Positions 56,925-60,261 of a stretch of DNA of 60,261 nt are shown piece after piece. The translations under genes were made by a program, and so were the position numbers. The DNA comes from Proteobacteria bacterium UBA3413. GTDB lineage: Bacteria > Pseudomonadota > Gammaproteobacteria > Magnimaribacterales > D2472. The notes beneath the pieces were generated by a model that was not told the DNA's origin, did no database searches, and worked only from the letters and a program-made list of their open reading frames with translations. The DNA is taken from assembly GCA_002358345.1 (NCBI GenBank), contig DEOR01000024.1, forward strand, positions 1 to 60,261, read 5' to 3'. Within the stretch, counting starts at the first letter, position 1. Each line of letters opens with the position of its first letter.

Positions 56925-57548
56925 ATGAAAGATCATAATTTTTTAGTTTTAGTCAGGCACGGTCAAAGTGAGTGGAATGCAAAAAATTTATTTACTGGAT
57001 GGAAGGATCCAGGCTTAACTGACCAGGGAAGTGAAGAGGCTAGAAATGCAGCTGAGCTCATTAAACTTAGAGAGATAGAATTTTCTGCAATGTACACCTC
57101 GGTACTGCAACGCGCGCAAATCACAGGGCAAATAATACTCCAGGGCATTGATCAAACAGGTATACCCGTTATCAAAGATCAGGCCTTAAACGAACGGGAT
57201 TATGGTGATCTTGCAGGCTTAAATAAAGATGATGCTCGAAAGCAATGGGGCGAAGAACAAGTTCATATCTGGAGACGATCCTATGATATTCCTCCTCCAG
57301 GGGGAGAAAGCCTGAAAAATACAGCAGAAAGAGTATTGCCGTATTTTAATGAGGAGATCATGCCAAGATTAATGGCTGGAGAAAATATTTTAATTGCGGC
57401 CCATGGAAACTCTCTTCGATCTCTTGTAATGCAACTTGATCAGCTATCCGAAGAAGAGGTCTTGAGTCTGGAGATTCCAACCGGGGCTCCAATTTTATAT
57501 TGCTTTTCTGGTGAGCAACGCCCCTCTGCAAAAGAAAATCTTTTTTGA
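56925..57548 (+). CDS. gpmA: 2,3-bisphosphoglycerate-dependent phosphoglycerate mutase (short form)
   Basis: 207 aa. [25 protein letters not shown] and AAHGNSLR motifs. Confidence 0.9.
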   Translation: MKDHNFLVLVRHGQSEWNAKNLFTGWKDPGLTDQGSEEARNAAELIKLREIEFSAMYTSVLQRAQITGQIILQGIDQTGIPVIKDQALNERDYGDLAGLNKDDARKQWGEEQVHIWRRSYDIPPPGGESLKNTAERVLPYFNEEIMPRLMAGENILIAAHGNSLRSLVMQLDQLSEEEVLSLEIPTGAPILYCFSGEQRPSAKENLF

Positions 57549-58546
57549 AACAAGACTTTAAAAAAATTTCTAATCAAGTTGTTGCTTGGTATCTTGAGAG
57601 TGGGAGACATCATTTGCCATGGAGGCATAAAGTTACGCCCTACAGGATATGGATATCTGAGATCATGTTACAACAAACTCAGGTGCAAACTGTTATCCCT
57701 TACTTCAATGCGTTTATTAAAAAATACCCTACCCTAGGAAAACTCTCTTCTACTTCTGAGGATGAGATTTTAGCCATATGGTCAGGTTTAGGCTTTTATA
57801 GAAGAGCAAGGAATATCTTTGCAGCTAAAGAGATCATAAAAACAGACTATCAAAATAAATTTCCCAAAAAGTTAGAGCAAATTATCAGTTTGCCAGGTAT
57901 TGGGAAATCAACTGCCGGCGCCTTAATGTCCCTAGCATTTCTTGAGCCTCAGCCTATTTTGGATGGCAACGTCAAACGAGTGATCTCAAGATTAATCAAG
58001 AAAGATATTGCAACACTTAAAGAAAAAGAATTATGGGGGCTCTCTGAAAAACTAGTGAATCATGAAGATTGCTTCTCTTATACTCAGGGAATTATGGATC
58101 TTGGAGCAACTGTATGCACTCAAGCAAACCCCTTGTGCCAAACGTGTCCTCTCAATAAGGATTGCAAATCAGCTTTTAGCGTCAAACCACAAATAAAAAA
58201 TAAAACTGCAAAAGCCAAAATGACGATTGCGATGGATTTGTCTTTGGTTCTCACAAATCATTCTTTTTTGCTTGCCAAAAATGAAGAAAGCTCTATTTGG
58301 CATCATCTTTGGATACCCTTTGATGATGCTATCATAGCTGTGCATACCTCGAAATTACAGCTGCTTAAACAAGAGCGGATCAGGCATGAATTAACGCATC
58401 GAAGTCTTAATCTATTAATTAATATCTATATTTCACCTAAAGAATTCAAGATCAAAACAAATCAAAAATATGAATGGATAAAAAAGGATAGAATACAGGC
58501 TTATGGAACCCCTCAACCGATAACAAAATTAATGAGTCAATTATGA
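57545..58546 (+). CDS. mutY: A/G-specific adenine DNA glycosylase
   Basis: 333 aa with a TTG start overlapping the gpmA stop. HhH-GPD motif [11 protein letters not shown], Fe-S cluster loop [18 protein letters not shown]-terminal NUDIX-like domain. Confidence 0.93.
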   Translation: MKQDFKKISNQVVAWYLESGRHHLPWRHKVTPYRIWISEIMLQQTQVQTVIPYFNAFIKKYPTLGKLSSTSEDEILAIWSGLGFYRRARNIFAAKEIIKTDYQNKFPKKLEQIISLPGIGKSTAGALMSLAFLEPQPILDGNVKRVISRLIKKDIATLKEKELWGLSEKLVNHEDCFSYTQGIMDLGATVCTQANPLCQTCPLNKDCKSAFSVKPQIKNKTAKAKMTIAMDLSLVLTNHSFLLAKNEESSIWHHLWIPFDDAIIAVHTSKLQLLKQERIRHELTHRSLNLLINIYISPKEFKIKTNQKYEWIKKDRIQAYGTPQPITKLMSQL

Positions 58547-58812
58547 GTAAAACAGTTTTCTGCAAAAAATTTCAAAAAGATTTACCGGCCATGACTGTGC
58601 CGCCCATGCCAGGACCGAAAGGCAAAGAGCTTGTGGACTCCATTTCATTAGACGCTTGGGAAGCATGGAAATCTCATCAAACAATGTTAATTAATGAAAG
58701 GCACCTAGATTTATCCAAGGCAGAAGATCGAGCTTGGCTGCTAGATCAAATGGGTAAGTTTTTTAATAACGAAGAGGTTGAACAAGCGTCTGGCTTTAAA
58801 GCCCTAGACTAA
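58543..58812 (+). CDS. yggX: Fe(2+)-trafficking protein YggX
   Basis: 89 aa. [13 protein letters not shown]...PPMPGPKG...W..HQTMLINE matches YggX. Conserved mutY-yggX pairing. Confidence 0.9.
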   Translation: MSKTVFCKKFQKDLPAMTVPPMPGPKGKELVDSISLDAWEAWKSHQTMLINERHLDLSKAEDRAWLLDQMGKFFNNEEVEQASGFKALD

Positions 58813-59573
58813 CTGTTCCACCAAGCCACATCAGAGAAAGCCCTTAAATCTATTTCGTGAGTCCAGGCAGACCTATGTTGCTGCGCTAGGTGATAGTAAG
58901 TCTCCGCAATTTTTTCTGGAAGAATTAAACCATCATGCTCCATGCCGCGAGATGCTCGAAGCTCCTGAAACATTTCTTTCCCGAGCATTTTTCCAAGTGT
59001 ATCAGGCGCATCAACCATGCCATCCACGACAATATGCGCAACATGGATGCCTTTAGATGCAAATTCTGCATTTAGCGTTTGACACAACATTCTTCGTCCG
59101 CCCATAGCCGTTGCATGAGAATGCTGGTTTTTATTACCGCGCATCGCAGCAGTGGCTGAGGTTACAAGGAAGGTTCCTAAACCTCTGGCTTCCATGAACG
59201 GCATGAGCGTTTTCGCAACTCTAAAAAGCCCCAGATCTGCCATTCTCCAAGCCCACTCAAATTCTTTTAAAGAGGTTTCATGCAGTAACTTCATGCCTGA
59301 TTGAGCTCCTAGGTTATAAACTAACACCTGAATTGGGCCCACGTCTTTCTCTATGGAGGCAATCAGGTCTTCTAGTATATTGTCTTGAATTGCATCTATT
59401 AAATAACCAGAAGCGCTGCCACCCTTTTCTTCAATCTGCCGAACCATGCTATCTAACCCAGCTTGATCAGACCTGCGACACAAACAGGCATGCAATCCTT
59501 CGCTGGCAAACTTTGCAGCAACCGTTCCGCCGATCCCGGCGCCTGCACCCAAAACTAAACATACTGGCTTCAT
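58809..59573 (-). CDS. SDR family oxidoreductase
   Basis: 254 aa. GAGAGIGG cofactor motif and a classical SDR length. Specific substrate not inferable. Confidence 0.7.
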   Translation of the reverse strand: MKPVCLVLGAGAGIGGTVAAKFASEGLHACLCRRSDQAGLDSMVRQIEEKGGSASGYLIDAIQDNILEDLIASIEKDVGPIQVLVYNLGAQSGMKLLHETSLKEFEWAWRMADLGLFRVAKTLMPFMEARGLGTFLVTSATAAMRGNKNQHSHATAMGGRRMLCQTLNAEFASKGIHVAHIVVDGMVDAPDTLGKMLGKEMFQELRASRGMEHDGLILPEKIAETYYHLAQQHRSAWTHEIDLRAFSDVAWWNS

Positions 59574-59661
59574 GAGACTTCTCTTTTTTTATAATAATAT
59601 TTATATTCTAACTAACTATTCTCCAGTGCGCGCTGTTCGGTTATAATTTTGACCTCTGAAT

Positions 59662-59737
59662 GCCCAGATAGCTCAGTCGGTAGAGCAAAGGACTGAAAAT
59701 CCTTGTGTCGGTGGTTCGATTCCACCTCTGGGCACCA
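59662..59737 (+). tRNA. pheV: tRNA-Phe (GAA)
   Basis: GCCCAGATAGCTCAGTCGGTAGAGCAAAGGACTGAAAATCCTTGTGTCGGTGGTTCGATTCCACCTCTGGGCACCA is near-identical in architecture to E. coli tRNA-Phe. Anticodon loop CTGAAAA; encoded CCA. Confidence 0.97.
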
Positions 59738-59818
59738 TGCTTACAATATTATTTCTGTTGCAATTAGTGACTATTGGTTAAAAGGCCTCTTTTGTCTTTC
59801 AGAAACAATTTAAAAAAG

Positions 59819-60097
59819 CTAAAACAGTAAGCCCAATATAAATCCTGCCAATAAACCTAAAACTATATATGTAGTTTTATAACTATTTTTCTTTTTAATC
59901 TTAGGATTTGCAAATAGATCCTTTGTCTCAATTTCAAATGCTGAAGCTATTGCCATAGTTGTTTCTAATGAGGCTGTTGCATCGCTCTCAACTCTCTGAA
60001 TTGTTCTGACATTTACAGCACATAATTCAGCTAGCTGAGCTTGAGTCCAACCTTTGCTAATTCTTGTCTCTTTAATAAGAGATGTATTTAGAATCAT
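59819..60097 (-). CDS. XRE-family HTH protein with C-terminal transmembrane anchor
   Basis: 92 aa. HTH_3-like LIKETRISKGWTQAQLAELCAVNVRTIQRVESD, then the hydrophobic tail TYIVLGLLAGFILGLLF. Confidence 0.75.
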   Translation of the reverse strand: MILNTSLIKETRISKGWTQAQLAELCAVNVRTIQRVESDATASLETTMAIASAFEIETKDLFANPKIKKKNSYKTTYIVLGLLAGFILGLLF

Positions 60098-60100
60098 TGT

Positions 60101-60261
60101 TTAACCAAAGATTAAATGAAGCCCAAAAAAACCAATCAGAAATCCAATGAGCAGACATACTAGCACCCCTATCCAACCAATAATTTCTTTTTTAGGCTCT
60201 AGTCTAAAAATCTCATTTTCACCACTCTTAACGTAAAGTGACAGAGACTGACTTGGAAAAG
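60101..60261 (-). CDS. Partial ORF (5' end beyond the window) encoding a protein with a C-terminal transmembrane tail
   Basis: Hand translation of the minus strand gives ...FPSQSLSLYVKSGENEIFRLEPKKEIIGWIGVLVCLLIGFLIGFFGLHLIFG, with a stop at 60101-60103, 3 nt before the XRE start. It is open to the window edge. Confidence 0.3.
   Translation of the reverse strand, partial: FPSQSLSLYVKSGENEIFRLEPKKEIIGWIGVLVCLLIGFLIGFFGLHLIFG

Noticed and set aside
59738-59818. Looked for an att-type direct repeat of the tRNA-Phe 3' end, an integrase, or a strong terminator after tRNA-Phe
   Set aside because: No repeat of the tRNA 3' end is seen in the remaining 520 nt. The only hairpin is weak and A/T-rich (AAAAG-GCCT-CTTTT). 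The island hypothesis is kept only as a low-confidence finding.
1-60261. Scanned for CRISPR arrays, tandem or interspersed repeats, IS elements, prophage, defence genes, rRNA, and large ncRNAs (tmRNA, RNase P, 6S, SRP)
   Set aside because: No periodic repeat-spacer structure or transposase/integrase-like ORF was seen. Nearly every base is covered by recognisable housekeeping ORFs, and no intergenic gap exceeds about 220 nt. The scan was visual only, so short dispersed repeats could have been missed.

Overview
AT-rich, very gene-dense chromosomal core segment: about 72 CDS and 2 tRNAs in 60.3 kb. Most intergenic gaps are under 60 nt, and there are many 1-nt and 4-nt gene overlaps. The source looks like a streamlined gammaproteobacterium (inference). 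Gene order reads as a shuffled, deletion-scarred version of blocks known from Pseudomonas and E. coli: gshB/TonB-like/ruvX fused to dnaG-rpoD-tRNA-Ile(CAU); fis-purH-purD-coq7; rpe-DUF192-trpEGDC; murU-amgK next to lptD-surA-pdxA-rsmA-apaH; cca-SDR-kinase converging on folK-folB-tsaD, with rpsU-yqeY divergent from tsaD; rph-pyrE-ribE; yicC-gmk-rpoZ-spoT-ridA-pyrB; recG; membrane pyrophosphatase; rubredoxin-symporter divergent from ubiC-ubiA; DUF482-yqiB-yqiA; a type II glutamine synthetase followed by ntrB-ntrC; rhodanese-DUF2141-grxC; gpmA-mutY-yggX; tRNA-Phe. I found no rRNA, CRISPR array, transposase, integrase, phage gene or recognisable defence gene, and no intergenic gap is large enough for a sizeable ncRNA. 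I do not see a clear-cut novel multi-gene system. The best leads are: (1) a eukaryote-like GSII in the glnA slot, driven by a textbook NtrC-enhancer plus sigma54 promoter; (2) an APH-fold kinase coupled to a PTR1/FolM-like reductase inside a pterin/folate cluster; (3) a tandem exported amidohydrolase pair in which the second member has lost its metal and catalytic ligands; (4) a K+-dependent membrane PPase with a Na+-pump-like glutamate position; (5) rubredoxin translationally coupled to a DAACS symporter; (6) a small tail-anchored XRE regulator operon next to tRNA-Phe at the window edge. All functional calls come from reading the translations and recalling family motifs and synteny. No database search was run.
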